A stretch of 64,000 bases of DNA from Dehalococcoidia bacterium (GCA_965219205.1 CBDCMQ010000005.1:68338-132337); one strand, 5' to 3'; positions 7,923 through 17,653 are shown, counted from the stretch's first letter. Notes: generated from the letters alone by a model not told the origin. Made by a program: numbers and translations.

Positions 7923-9320
7923 ATGGCAGCACCCGACACTCGCTTCCTGAGCATCGCCGAGGTTGGCGCCCTTCTAAGGCAGCGTTCGATTACCTCAACG
8001 GAGGTCACGCGGACCTCTCTGGACTTGATCGATTCGATTGACAACAAACTGCACAGCTTCATTCTGGTAACGGCCGACCTGGCGCTGGCGCAGGCTGCCA
8101 CGGCCGACGCTGATTTTGCCAAAGGGGTGGACCGCGGCCCGATGCAAGGCATACCGGTGGCGCTCAAAGACCTCTACGCGACCAAGGGCATTGCCACGAC
8201 CGCCCACTCTCGAGTCCTGATCGATTCGATACCAGAAGCGGACTCTGCGGCAGCGGAGTCGTTCCAGAACGCCGGCGCGGTCCTCATGGGCAAGCTGGCG
8301 ATGGACGAATTTGCTTTTGGTGTTTACGACGAGAACGTGCCCTTTCCTCCGGCGCACAATCCTTGGAACCTAGACCACGTGCCCGGCGGGTCAAGCTCGG
8401 GTTCCGGGGTATCGGTGGCCGCGGGTCTAGTCTTCGGAGCGCTCGGGTCAGACACAGGCGGGTCAATTCGCTTCCCGGCGGCCCACTGCGGCATCGCCGG
8501 CATCAAACCGACCTTCGGGCGGGTCAGCCGCCGCGGTGTCGTGCCGCTAAGCTGGTCGCTCGATCACGCCGGCCCGCTGGGCCGGAGCGTAGAGGACTGC
8601 GCCATTTTGTTGCAGGCGATCTCCGGATTCGACCCTGCCGACCCGGCTTCGGCCAACGTACCGGTGGCCGACTTCAGCAGTGATCTCAATGCCGGCATTC
8701 GCGGGTTGCGCCTTGGGGTGCCGCGAGACTGGCTCAACGAGGGTGAGGGTACGGTCCCTGAAGTCGTTGCGGCCTTTGAACGCGCTCTCGAGACCCTGAC
8801 CCAGCTTGGCGCAATCCTGGTCGATCTTCCCGGCGAACCGTTTATCGATGCCCGGCCCGCCAATTCGATCATTTCGATCTCAGAGGCCTTTGCTTATCAC
8901 GAGGAAACGGTGCGCACGCGGCCCCAGGACTTCACACGGAACGTGCGAAACCGGATAAGGGAAGGCGCATTTGTAAGCGCGTCTGACTACGTGCAGGCGC
9001 AAAGGGCGCGCGTGGCTCTGCGTGCAGAAATCGACTCGATTCTGGACGGTGTGGACGCCATTGTTTCGCCGACCGCGCCGGCAACGGCCGAACGATTCGA
9101 CTCGCAAGACCTTGCCGGACGCTTTCGCAAGCCGTCGTTTGCCAACCCAGCCAACCTAACCGGGTTTCCCTCGATCTCGGTTCCCTGTGGTTTCTCTGAG
9201 GCGGGCTTGCCAATGGCTCTGCAGTTCACCGGCCGCGCCTTCGATGAGGTGACGATGTTTCGGCTGGCGAAGGCTTACGAGGATGCTACCGACTGGAGTG
9301 AAAACCACCCCTCGATTTAG
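7923..9320 (+). CDS. amidase-signature enzyme (GatA/AtzE-like)
   Basis: Amidase signature GGSSSGSGVSVAAG and GIPVALKD. The N-terminus MAAPDTRFLSIAEVGALLRQRSITSTEV resembles GatA. The start is taken at ATG 7923, because the longer ORF from 7860 would overlap the small ORF. Confidence 0.85.
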   Translation: MAAPDTRFLSIAEVGALLRQRSITSTEVTRTSLDLIDSIDNKLHSFILVTADLALAQAATADADFAKGVDRGPMQGIPVALKDLYATKGIATTAHSRVLIDSIPEADSAAAESFQNAGAVLMGKLAMDEFAFGVYDENVPFPPAHNPWNLDHVPGGSSSGSGVSVAAGLVFGALGSDTGGSIRFPAAHCGIAGIKPTFGRVSRRGVVPLSWSLDHAGPLGRSVEDCAILLQAISGFDPADPASANVPVADFSSDLNAGIRGLRLGVPRDWLNEGEGTVPEVVAAFERALETLTQLGAILVDLPGEPFIDARPANSIISISEAFAYHEETVRTRPQDFTRNVRNRIREGAFVSASDYVQAQRARVALRAEIDSILDGVDAIVSPTAPATAERFDSQDLAGRFRKPSFANPANLTGFPSISVPCGFSEAGLPMALQFTGRAFDEVTMFRLAKAYEDATDWSENHPSI

Positions 9321-9373
9321 GGCCGGCGGCTTCTGGCAACAAAAGATTCCAGAGCTTTCGGGCGCTGATTCGG

Positions 9374-9408
9374 AAAAAGGGAGCTCCGCTGAACGGTACT
9401 CCCTTTTT
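9374..9408. terminator. bidirectional intrinsic terminator between convergent genes
   Basis: AAAAAGGGAG (9374..9383), a 15-nt loop, then CTCCCTTTTT (9399..9408). Lies between the amidase stop (9320) and the hydrolase stop (9434). Confidence 0.5.
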
Positions 9409-9433
9409 CTAGATGACTAGCGGCTAGGTTTTC

Positions 9434-10342
9434 TCAGGTGACCTTCTCGCCGGCGATGAACTGACGGCAGGCCTCGTTGAAAACCTCGGGGTTCTCCCAG
9501 TGCGCCCAAAAGCCGGTCTGGGGCAGCAGCTTGAACTGAGCGCCGGGGATGATTCCCGCGAGGCGCTCGCCGGCGTCGGGACCGTTGCCGGCGGATCCGT
9601 CACACCAGAGGACCAGGACTGGCAGTTTCAACGTTGCCATCTCCTCCTCGCTGGCGAAGTGGGTCGCCGATGTGCCGGAGTTGAGGCTCTCGTACATCCG
9701 CGTCTGCGCTTCGTTGGTGTGTGGCCGGTTGTAGTGGACAAAACGCGTATCGACCAGTTCATCGGTGACGTGCTCCGGGTGTTCGTAGTGCATCACCATG
9801 AGCAGACGCTCGCGCACGCCCTCCCAGGTTGGGTTCTTTAGCAGCTGGCGGGTGCGCTCGACCATGGGAATGCCACCCACGGGCGGCAAAGGTGGCTTGA
9901 CGGAGCCTTCTTTGAACTTCATGCCGACGCCACTCTCGAGGATGATGCCCTTGAGGCGGTCAGCGTGCTTGCGGGCCATCCAGCTAACGGCGCTGGCGCT
10001 CATCGCTTCTCCGTGGACCCAAGCCTTGTCGATGCCCAGCGTGTCCATCAGATCGATAATCTGGTCGGAGATCTGTTGTGGCGGGTTTTCACCCATCTCC
10101 GGCGCATCGGACCAGCCGTGCCAGAGGATCTCCAGACCAATCGTGTGCATATGCTCGCCGAGAGGGACCACGTTATAGGCGAAGGTTTCCAGGTGGCCGC
10201 CGCCGCCGTGGGTCATGATCAGGACCTCAGGCCTGCCCTGCCCTGCCTCGGCGATGCGGCTGCGGTACTTTTTCCCCTGGACGAAGCGGATGTCAGCACC
10301 CTGCAGGGCGTTCCAGATGGTCAACGGCTGACTCAAAGGCAT
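9434..10342 (-). CDS. alpha/beta hydrolase (C-C bond/meta-cleavage-product hydrolase-like fold) with an atypical nucleophile elbow
   Basis: 302 aa. HGGGG oxyanion region, elbow AMSAS in place of GxSxG, and C-terminal AHWENPEVFN. SD aggagg before the ATG. Confidence 0.75.
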   Translation of the reverse strand: MPLSQPLTIWNALQGADIRFVQGKKYRSRIAEAGQGRPEVLIMTHGGGGHLETFAYNVVPLGEHMHTIGLEILWHGWSDAPEMGENPPQQISDQIIDLMDTLGIDKAWVHGEAMSASAVSWMARKHADRLKGIILESGVGMKFKEGSVKPPLPPVGGIPMVERTRQLLKNPTWEGVRERLLMVMHYEHPEHVTDELVDTRFVHYNRPHTNEAQTRMYESLNSGTSATHFASEEEMATLKLPVLVLWCDGSAGNGPDAGERLAGIIPGAQFKLLPQTGFWAHWENPEVFNEACRQFIAGEKVT

Positions 10343-10461
10343 AAATTTCCTCCTGAATTATTGGCTAAGGTTGCCCAAGTACTCGTACGTTATGTCAATC
10401 GTAATCACCTATTCAAAGTGAGGACCGATTTGTGCAGGCCTCCTGGCCGGGTTGATTTCAA

Positions 10462-11544
10462 TCAGTATCCCCGTTCCCAGTCAACTGTGTTTACCAGTTC
10501 CTCACCGCGCAGCAGGCGGCCGAGGTTTTCGCAGAGAATGTCGATGCCGCCGCGATAGTTGCCGTCGGAGCCGTTGCTTACATGGGGCGTGATGACCAGA
10601 TTGGGCGCTGTTAGCAATTCGGGAATCGGTGGCTGGTCTGTGTCGTTCCACCAAACATCGACGTAGGCGCCGGCTAGTCGACCGTTCTCGAGCGCTTTGA
10701 CCATGGCGAGTTCGTCGACTAGCTCCCCCCTGGCGATGTTGAGGAAAAAGGCACCGGCCTTTGTCACCTCGAACGCCGCTGCGTCTAGCATTCGCTCGGT
10801 CTCGGGAGTCCACATGGCGCAAGGGGCCACGAAGTCTGACTCTGCCAAAAGCGCGTGCGTTTCTGAAGCTGGCAGCAACAGATCAACGCCATCGACATCC
10901 GTCTGGCGCTGTTTGGCCGAGTGCCGGGTCGCGATCACCCGCATACCAGCGCCGCGGGCGAGGCGCGCCAGCTCGCTACCAATTCCACCCAGCCCAATGA
11001 TTCCCATAGTTTTGCCATGCAAGACACTCATGCCCGTGCGGTACGTGTCGGTGTTCAGTTCACGGGCATCTGTCTGGCGCACGGCCACGTCAAGGCGGCG
11101 GGCGAGCATGAAGGCGCCGGCCATTGCTGACTCGGCGATCGGTATGGCGCCGGTCGAGCCTCGGGCGCTGGTCAGCAGCGCCCGACCCCCCCACCAGGCG
11201 CTTTCCCTGAGGTTGCTGACGCCGGCGAAGGGTAGATGGGTCCAAGCCAGGTTGGGCATACGGGCGGCAGCGGTTTTCGGCCAGGGGACACCGACGATCG
11301 CCACACTGGCCTCGTGGATCAGCTCCTCAAGCTGCTCCCGATTCCGTGAAGGCGGCGAAACATTGCCGGCGCGGCGTTTCATGGTTTCCGGCGGCCATTC
11401 TTCGGCAAGTTCGGGCTGAAAGTCGTCCCAAACCGGGTAGACCTTGACCCGGCCGGGTGCAACCGCCTCGATGCGCTCCACAGTGGCAGCGTTCATGGGA
11501 GAAATAACCAAAACGGTCAAGACATCGGGCAGATCAACGGGCAC
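10462..11544 (-). CDS. D-isomer-specific 2-hydroxyacid dehydrogenase family, NAD(P)-binding
   Basis: GIIGLGGIGSELARLARGAGMRVIA (GxGxxG), ARGELVDE and TPHVS motifs. Confidence 0.85.
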   Translation of the reverse strand: MPVDLPDVLTVLVISPMNAATVERIEAVAPGRVKVYPVWDDFQPELAEEWPPETMKRRAGNVSPPSRNREQLEELIHEASVAIVGVPWPKTAAARMPNLAWTHLPFAGVSNLRESAWWGGRALLTSARGSTGAIPIAESAMAGAFMLARRLDVAVRQTDARELNTDTYRTGMSVLHGKTMGIIGLGGIGSELARLARGAGMRVIATRHSAKQRQTDVDGVDLLLPASETHALLAESDFVAPCAMWTPETERMLDAAAFEVTKAGAFFLNIARGELVDELAMVKALENGRLAGAYVDVWWNDTDQPPIPELLTAPNLVITPHVSNGSDGNYRGGIDILCENLGRLLRGEELVNTVDWERGY

Positions 11545-11582
11545 CTATCACCGCTTCTTCGCTGCTTTGAACAGACCTGCTG

Positions 11583-12914
11583 TTAAAGGACGCCTTTCGG
11601 TGTCGAATGGTTGGCTTTGAGGTGCGACCAGCTTTCCGCGGCCATGAACTCGGCCCAGGATCGATAGTGCCAGAGCTGAGCGTGTTCGTTGTAGCTGGTC
11701 TCGATCCTGGTCGGCCCGAGCTCGTCTTGAATCACCTCTCCGTGTCCCAGGTTCATAGCGTAATGCAGGGGGAAGCCGCGGCTGATAGCGCCGCGGGTGC
11801 CGCGAGTACTCTCGTTCCAGTTCTCGCCGTCATCGATTTCGGTCATGCCGGCTGGGCCGTTGTGCCCAGATGAGCGCCTGACAATCGCCCGGCGGTCCTC
11901 GGGATCCATCTCCTCTGGGGTGAAAGTGAACCACCAAATTTCTGTTTTGGTCGCACCCCTGGGAACCCTGAGGGCGACCATCCAGTAGTTCTGCTGAATC
12001 CACATGTGAGGAAAGATGTGAACGTTGCCGCCGGCCCGAATGCCGACTTCGCCCAGTACTTGCTTTGCTTCGGGCCACTTGCGCCATTCGTTGTCGTAGG
12101 CCGGGCGCAGGGCGGTTGCTGCTTCACTGACCTCCGGACCGCCGATCGCATGGCCGTACTCGCCCAGCACGGCCAGATTGGGCGCGCTGAACCGCGCCGA
12201 GATGTTCGATGGCCGCGAGCTGCCCGGCCTCTGGTTCCAGCCGGCCATTCCAGCCGAGGCGTGGGTGATTCCGGCGTGGTAAAAGTCCCATACATTGTCA
12301 GCCGCAAACTTCCAGTTGCAGGGGATGGTGTACTTCTCGACTCCGCCGCCTACTTTGAGTGTTCCGCGCACGGCAAGCAGGTCAATATTCATTCGACCGA
12401 CTTCGCCGAGAAATTCGTCCAGCGAGGGAGCCTCGGCGTCCATGGTGGCAAAAATGAAGCCCTTGTAGGTTTCAACCTGCCCGGCCTTGATCAGCCCCCA
12501 ACTGTCGCGGTCCAGTTCCTCGTGATAGACCTCTTTGAACCCGGGAACGCCAACGAGGGCGCCCTTGAGGTCGTAAGTCCAGCCGTGGTAAGTGCACATG
12601 AAGGAGGTGGCGTGGCCTTCATCGGCGCGGCAGATGGCGTTGCCGCGGTGGCGGCAGGAGTTGACCAGAACTTGAGGTTGGCCATCCTTATCGCGCACAA
12701 CAATGACTCGGTCTTCGCCCATGAAGGTCACAAAGAAATCCCCGGGGTTGGGGATCTGGGAGTCGTGGCACATGAAGAGCCAGGCGCGAGCAAAGACACG
12801 CTCTAGCTCCAACTGATAGATGTCCTCGTCGGAGTAAATGCGACGGTCGACCAGTCCCTGCTCAACGTCAACGAGGCTCAGAATGTCTTCGGACTTTGTC
12901 GAATACTGCTGCAT
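11583..12914 (-). CDS. Rieske oxygenase alpha subunit (close paralog group, member 1)
   Basis: CRHRGNAICRADEGHATSFMCTYHGW and DFYHAGITH. SD aaggaggag. Confidence 0.9.
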   Translation of the reverse strand: MQQYSTKSEDILSLVDVEQGLVDRRIYSDEDIYQLELERVFARAWLFMCHDSQIPNPGDFFVTFMGEDRVIVVRDKDGQPQVLVNSCRHRGNAICRADEGHATSFMCTYHGWTYDLKGALVGVPGFKEVYHEELDRDSWGLIKAGQVETYKGFIFATMDAEAPSLDEFLGEVGRMNIDLLAVRGTLKVGGGVEKYTIPCNWKFAADNVWDFYHAGITHASAGMAGWNQRPGSSRPSNISARFSAPNLAVLGEYGHAIGGPEVSEAATALRPAYDNEWRKWPEAKQVLGEVGIRAGGNVHIFPHMWIQQNYWMVALRVPRGATKTEIWWFTFTPEEMDPEDRRAIVRRSSGHNGPAGMTEIDDGENWNESTRGTRGAISRGFPLHYAMNLGHGEVIQDELGPTRIETSYNEHAQLWHYRSWAEFMAAESWSHLKANHSTPKGVL

Positions 12915-13053
12915 GGCTCCTCCTTCTCCGCTCTGCGGCTACCCGATGGACTGAGTGGCGATCAAACACGCCAACCGTTCCTCCGAGTGGCTAGATTTTA
13001 CATCTAATCCCGGTGATCTTCGTTGGAAGGTTTGGCGAAATACCGGTCTGGAT

Positions 13054-14541
13054 CTACACGGCCTGCAGATCGGGGACGCTGAGAGGCGGCCGCCGAACGC
13101 GAGCATGGCTCTCGAAAGCCTGCGCGTAACGTAAGAGCGCTGGTTCGGTCCAATCCAGTCCGAGGAGCTCGATGCCGACCGGTACACCAAGGGGCGCGGT
13201 CTCGTTAGCAGCTGAAAAGCCGCCGGCAAAGGTCACGGCCGGAAAACCGGTTGAATTCGAAAGAACACCGTTGCGTTCAAGTTGCTCCTCGCCGATCGCG
13301 ACGACGAGGATTTGCTGATGCGGGTACAGCAACGCGTCGAGTCGATTTTCCACCAGCACGACGGCGACTGCTTCGCGCAGCGCCTGGCGACGCAACAGGC
13401 GGCTCATGTAATCGGGGTCCTCGCGTGGGTTTTCGCGCGCCGCGTCGGTCTCTAGGCCGGGCCGCAGGCTTGGGAGGAAGCGGCAATCGGCAATGAACTC
13501 ATCGAGGTCTTTCACCCCCCCGCGCTGGGGCAGGGAGGCCAGGTAAGCGTTGAACAGCTCCTTGAACTCGAAGCTCGCGGTGGCGATGTTGGCGGTTAGT
13601 TCGTCCAGCTCGGGGATAGATACCTCGACGACGGTCGCACCGAGGGCCAGCATCGTTTCAACGGCTGATGAAAGGACCGCGTTGACCTCCTCGTGGCGCT
13701 CTTCATCGCTGACAAAATCGGTCAGCAGGCCGAATCGCGCACCCGCCAGCGTGGCGCCTTCGAGGCTATCTAGGTAACTGGCTGGCCGCTTCCCCTCGCT
13801 CAGTGCGGTGACCGGGTCGGCCGGGTCGTAGCCGGCCATGATGTCGAGCATCCTGGCCGCATCGGCGACGCTGCGGGTGATCGGTCCGGGCTCGTCCTGG
13901 GTACCGCTTAGCGGAATGATGCCGGCTCGGCTGAGCAGCCCTTTTGTCCCCCGGACGCCGACCAGCGACGCCGCCGATGCCGGTGAGCGGGTCGATTGAC
14001 CAGTGTCGCTGCCCGTGCCGAGCACGCCGAAATTGGCGGCGATCGCGGCACCGGTGCCGCCGCTTGACCCACCGTTGGTGCGGGTCAAATCGTAGGGATT
14101 TTTTGTCTGGCCGCCGAGCGAGCTCGCGGTCACGGCGTTTCTTGCCAGCTCACCCATGTTTGACTTGGCAAGGATGACAGCGCCGGCATCGCGCAGCCGG
14201 CCGGCGATGAAGGCGTCCGTATCCGGCTGCGAATCTTTGAGAGCCACCGAACCGCCCGTGGTCACGACGTCCTTGGTGTTGTAGTTGTCCTTGAGGATCA
14301 CGGGAATGCCGTGCAGCGGCCCTGCACTCGCAGGATCTTCACGAAATCGGGCGTCCAACTCGCGGGCAATGTCGCGGGCATGTGGGTTGAGGTTAATAAT
14401 CGCGGTTAGCTCCGGCCCGGCGCGGTCGTACCGCTCGATGCGGTCGAGGCAGAACTGAACAACCTGCTCGCAGGTCAGTGATCCGCTGGCATAGCTTGCC
14501 TGCAGTGAACCAACGCTGGCTTCCATCAGATCGAGCGCCAT
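13054..14541 (-). CDS. amidase-signature enzyme
   Basis: GGSSGGTGAAIAANF and GIPVILKD. The start is set at ATG 14541 (MALDLMEASVG..), preceded by aggagg. The ORF track extends to 14592. Confidence 0.85.
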   Translation of the reverse strand: MALDLMEASVGSLQASYASGSLTCEQVVQFCLDRIERYDRAGPELTAIINLNPHARDIARELDARFREDPASAGPLHGIPVILKDNYNTKDVVTTGGSVALKDSQPDTDAFIAGRLRDAGAVILAKSNMGELARNAVTASSLGGQTKNPYDLTRTNGGSSGGTGAAIAANFGVLGTGSDTGQSTRSPASAASLVGVRGTKGLLSRAGIIPLSGTQDEPGPITRSVADAARMLDIMAGYDPADPVTALSEGKRPASYLDSLEGATLAGARFGLLTDFVSDEERHEEVNAVLSSAVETMLALGATVVEVSIPELDELTANIATASFEFKELFNAYLASLPQRGGVKDLDEFIADCRFLPSLRPGLETDAARENPREDPDYMSRLLRRQALREAVAVVLVENRLDALLYPHQQILVVAIGEEQLERNGVLSNSTGFPAVTFAGGFSAANETAPLGVPVGIELLGLDWTEPALLRYAQAFESHARVRRPPLSVPDLQAV

Positions 14542-14786
14542 TGTTTCCTCCTGGGGCCTCGCCCCAACCGCCATACCTTTATCATTTTTCATTCGCTCTC
14601 GGCCGTTGCCCGAAAACTAGCCATCCCCTGCCAGGTTGTCAATCTGGATCTGAACCGGCGATTTAGAACCTGCCAACAATATTTCTCAACCTCCCGAGGC
14701 CTCCGGTTTGTATCGCCTTTTCTTTTACGAGCCAGCCTTGCTACTCAGAACTAACCTCCGGCAGGCGTACCTCGTCCGAGCGGTAA

Positions 14787-14816
14787 TTGACTCGTCCGTT
14801 ACGATAGTCTTAGGCT
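14787..14816 (+). promoter_or_regulatory. candidate promoter for the Rieske oxygenase gene at 14860
   Basis: TTGACT (14787..14792), an 18-nt spacer, then TAGGCT (14811..14816). Sequence match only. Confidence 0.25.
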
Positions 14817-14859
14817 GAATCCTCGACGTCGTTTGTCCCTAGCGCAGGAGGTAATCACC

Positions 14860-16224
14860 GTGGTCGCGACTGGCAAGAAGTATGACATCATCGAACCCGG
14901 AACCGGCAAGCTCGACCGCAGTATCTTTGTCGATCAGCAGGTCTACGACGATGAGATGGAGAAAATCTTCGGGCGCGCCTGGAACATGGTCGCTCACACC
15001 AGCCTGATCCCCAATCCAAACGACTTTTTCCTCTCCTACATTGGCCAGGACCCGGTAATCGTCACGCGCGACGCCGATAGCAAAATCCACGTCCTGCTCA
15101 ATATTTGCCGCCACCGTGGCAACCGCCTCACCCGCGCCGATGACGGCAACACCAAGAGCTTCATGTGTACCTACCACGGCTGGACCTTCGATAACGATGG
15201 CCGCCTCACCAACGTTCCTGGCGAACAAGAGGCCTATTACGGCGCCCTTGACATGGAAGAACTCTGCCTGATCGAGGCCAAAGTCGACACCTATGCCGGC
15301 ATTATCTTCGCCACCTGGGACCAGGAGGCACCATCGCTCGAAGCCTACCTCGGCGACGCGCGCTGGTACCTCGATACTACCTTCAACTACAACGAAGCCG
15401 GTCTCGTTGCCCTCGGCCCGCAGAAGTGGATCGAGAACTGCAACTGGAAGACACCGGTCGACAACTGCTCCGACAACTACCACCTGCCCTTCACCCATAT
15501 GTCTCAATCCCTTGCCCGCCACAAGATAACCGGCGCCCCGATCCGCGATCTCCCCCAGCTGCTAAAGCACCCGAACGAAAACCACCACGTTTTGGTTAAT
15601 GGCCACGGGCTGACGTTTAACGTTTTAGACGAGGGGCAGCAGCCGGGATTGCGCGGTCAGGTAGACCCGCGCCGTCTTGGTGAGAAGGGCCAGGCTCTGG
15701 CTCTTGAGTTTCAGAAGGCCAAAGAAGAAGACAGCGTGCGCCGCTTGGGCGAGTACCGGGCAAAGCGGATGCGCATGGGAAACCATAGCCTCTTCCCCAA
15801 CGGCGTGCTTGGCTTCCGCCTGGCACTGCCACGCGGTCCCTACCAGACAGAGTTCTGGCACTTTGCCATGGTCGAGGCCGACGCTCCTGAAGAGCTCAAA
15901 AGGGCGCGTTCAGCCGCCAGCGCCGCTAACAACGGGGCCGCCGGCCTCAACGAGCAGGACGATATGGACAACTGGGGCCAGGTAACCCATTCCGGCGACA
16001 GTTTTATCGCCCGTCGCAGCCGAGCCGTTGTGGCGATGGGCATCGGCCATGCCGGCCGAAGCGAAGAATGGCCCGGCGTAGTTTCCGAGCGCTACATCTC
16101 GGAGAACAACCAGCGCGGCTTCTACGACCGCTGGATGGAATTCATGAACGCCGACAGCTGGGCTGATGTTCACATTGACCTGATCACCGTGCAGTTCGAG
16201 GGAACTGCCAGCATGAACACCTAG
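14860..16224 (+). CDS. Rieske oxygenase alpha subunit (divergent paralog 2)
   Basis: CRHRGNRLTRADDGNTKSFMCTYHGW and DNYHLPFTH. The GTG at 14860 lies 8 nt after aggagg. The ORF track starts at 14833. Confidence 0.9.
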   Translation: MVATGKKYDIIEPGTGKLDRSIFVDQQVYDDEMEKIFGRAWNMVAHTSLIPNPNDFFLSYIGQDPVIVTRDADSKIHVLLNICRHRGNRLTRADDGNTKSFMCTYHGWTFDNDGRLTNVPGEQEAYYGALDMEELCLIEAKVDTYAGIIFATWDQEAPSLEAYLGDARWYLDTTFNYNEAGLVALGPQKWIENCNWKTPVDNCSDNYHLPFTHMSQSLARHKITGAPIRDLPQLLKHPNENHHVLVNGHGLTFNVLDEGQQPGLRGQVDPRRLGEKGQALALEFQKAKEEDSVRRLGEYRAKRMRMGNHSLFPNGVLGFRLALPRGPYQTEFWHFAMVEADAPEELKRARSAASAANNGAAGLNEQDDMDNWGQVTHSGDSFIARRSRAVVAMGIGHAGRSEEWPGVVSERYISENNQRGFYDRWMEFMNADSWADVHIDLITVQFEGTASMNT

Positions 16225-16321
16225 CGAGTGTAGGCAGGCTCATTTCAGGCCGCCTTAAGTCCGGAGGCGGAGTACGTTATTCGCGCACCTTGCAACTAGG
16301 CGGTACCCTCTTTGCTGGCCC

Positions 16322-16411
16322 TTCAAAAACCGGGCCGGGCGGAGCCCGCTAACGCCGAAGGAAGAAAACGCTGGCCGACGCACCGGGCAAGTGCACGGCG
16401 AACAGCGAAGC
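16322..16411 (+). repeat. GC-rich intergenic repeat, copy A (about 90 nt)
   Basis: ttcaaaaaccgggccgggcggagcccgctaacgccgaagg...ccgggcaagtgcacggcgaacagcgaagc aligns along its full length with copy C (17530..17622). Its first ~60 nt also align with copy B. Confidence 0.8.
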
Positions 16412-16425
16412 CGAATTGGCGGGCA

Positions 16426-16508
16426 TTAAAAAAATCCGGGCCCGGGCGGAGCCCGCAAACACCGAAGGCAGAGGACGCTGGCCGGCGCCCCCTGGAAGGC
16501 TCACAGCC
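16426..16508 (+). repeat. GC-rich intergenic repeat, copy B, with an alternative tail ggaaggctcacagcc
   Basis: ttaaaaaaatccgggcccgggcggagcccgcaaacaccgaaggcagaggacgctggccggcgccccctggaaggctcacagcc. The tail recurs at 17504..17518. Confidence 0.8.
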
Positions 16509-16537
16509 ATTACAGGCATTCAGAAAGATATAAAAAC

Positions 16538-17410
16538 ATGGCCTTTGTGACCGCAGACGGACTGACTGAAGAAGGTACGAGCAAGACCATTGAGGCCGGC
16601 GGCATGAAGGTCCATTACCACGACATCGGCGAGGGCGAGCCTATCCTCTTCTCGCACTCCTACCGTCCCGGCACAACCGCCTGGATCACGTGGCACAAGG
16701 TGGTGGGCGAGTTCGCCAAGCACTATCGCTGCATCCTCTGGGACATGCCGAACTTCGCCAAGTCCGGCCCGGTTGTCTTCAACGAGGGTATTCATTCGAT
16801 GCAGGCGCGGGTTGGCACGCAGCTGTTGGATGCGCTGGGCATCGATAGCGCCTATTGCGTAGGCAACTCCCAAGGCGGCCAATCCAGCATGGTCGCGGCT
16901 CTCAATCACCCGGAGCGGGTGCGCAAATTCGTGCTCGGCGGTGCCCACATCGGCACCGGCGGTGACCGCTACCTGCTGGGAAACATGCCATCCGAAGGCT
17001 GGCGGGCCACCGTGGAGGTCATGCAGAAGCCGACCAAGGAGAACGTGCGGCGCTACCTCAGCGTGCACATCGATAACCAGAAGTTGGTCACCGATGAGCT
17101 GGTCGACTACATCCATCACTGGGAAACCTGGTCGCCGGAGTTCACCGAAGCGCGGGAAAAGTCCACCAGCCCGTCGCACGACTATACCGCTCAACTCGAC
17201 GCCATCCAGGCGCAGGGGATGATGGTCTGGGGCCGCTACGACCGCATGGTCGTGTTCGAGATGGGCATCGCCATGCTCAACCACCTTAACGATGCCCGCA
17301 TGGTCCTCCTCGACGAAGTCGGCCACTGGTCACCTTTCGAGAAGCCGGCCGAGTACACGGCCCACGTGCTGGGATTCTTGAAAGGCTACGATAATTTCGG
17401 CCCGAAGTAG
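16538..17410 (+). CDS. alpha/beta hydrolase (meta-cleavage-product hydrolase-like)
   Basis: Elbow GNSQGG and C-terminal VGHWSPFEKPAEY. Paralog of 38416..39288. Confidence 0.85.
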   Translation: MAFVTADGLTEEGTSKTIEAGGMKVHYHDIGEGEPILFSHSYRPGTTAWITWHKVVGEFAKHYRCILWDMPNFAKSGPVVFNEGIHSMQARVGTQLLDALGIDSAYCVGNSQGGQSSMVAALNHPERVRKFVLGGAHIGTGGDRYLLGNMPSEGWRATVEVMQKPTKENVRRYLSVHIDNQKLVTDELVDYIHHWETWSPEFTEAREKSTSPSHDYTAQLDAIQAQGMMVWGRYDRMVVFEMGIAMLNHLNDARMVLLDEVGHWSPFEKPAEYTAHVLGFLKGYDNFGPK

Positions 17411-17503
17411 AGTACACGCCGGCGGAACCCAAGTCCACACCGGCCAAGCGGGCTCGGGCAGAGCTCGCTAACTCCAAGGACGGAGTATGCTATTTGCCGC
17501 CGG

Positions 17504-17518
17504 GGAAGGCTCACAGCC
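17504..17518 (+). repeat. 15-nt copy of the repeat-B tail (ggaaggctcacagcc)
   Basis: Identical to 16494..16508. The two copies bracket the hydrolase gene 16538..17410. Confidence 0.7.
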
Positions 17519-17529
17519 GTGGCCGACCT

Positions 17530-17622
17530 TTCAAAAAACCCGGGCCCGGGCGGAGCCGGCTAACCCCGAAGGCAAAATAAGTCGGCCGGCGCTCCCGGCA
17601 AGGGCACCGCGAACAGCGGAGC
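17530..17622 (+). repeat. GC-rich intergenic repeat, copy C
   Basis: ttcaaaaaacccgggcccgggcggagccggctaaccccgaaggcaaaataagtcggccggcgctcccggcaagggcaccgcgaacagcggagc. Partial dyad GGAGCCGGC / GCCGGcgCTCC. Confidence 0.8.
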
Positions 17623-17653
17623 AGCATTGTCGGTACCCAAAAGGATAAAGACA

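Noticed and set aside
16322-17622. The repeated intergenic elements as a CRISPR array.
   Set aside because: There are only three long (~90 nt) imperfect copies with irregular spacing. One copy is separated from the others by a 1-kb gene. No cas genes are present, and there is no repeat-spacer periodicity.
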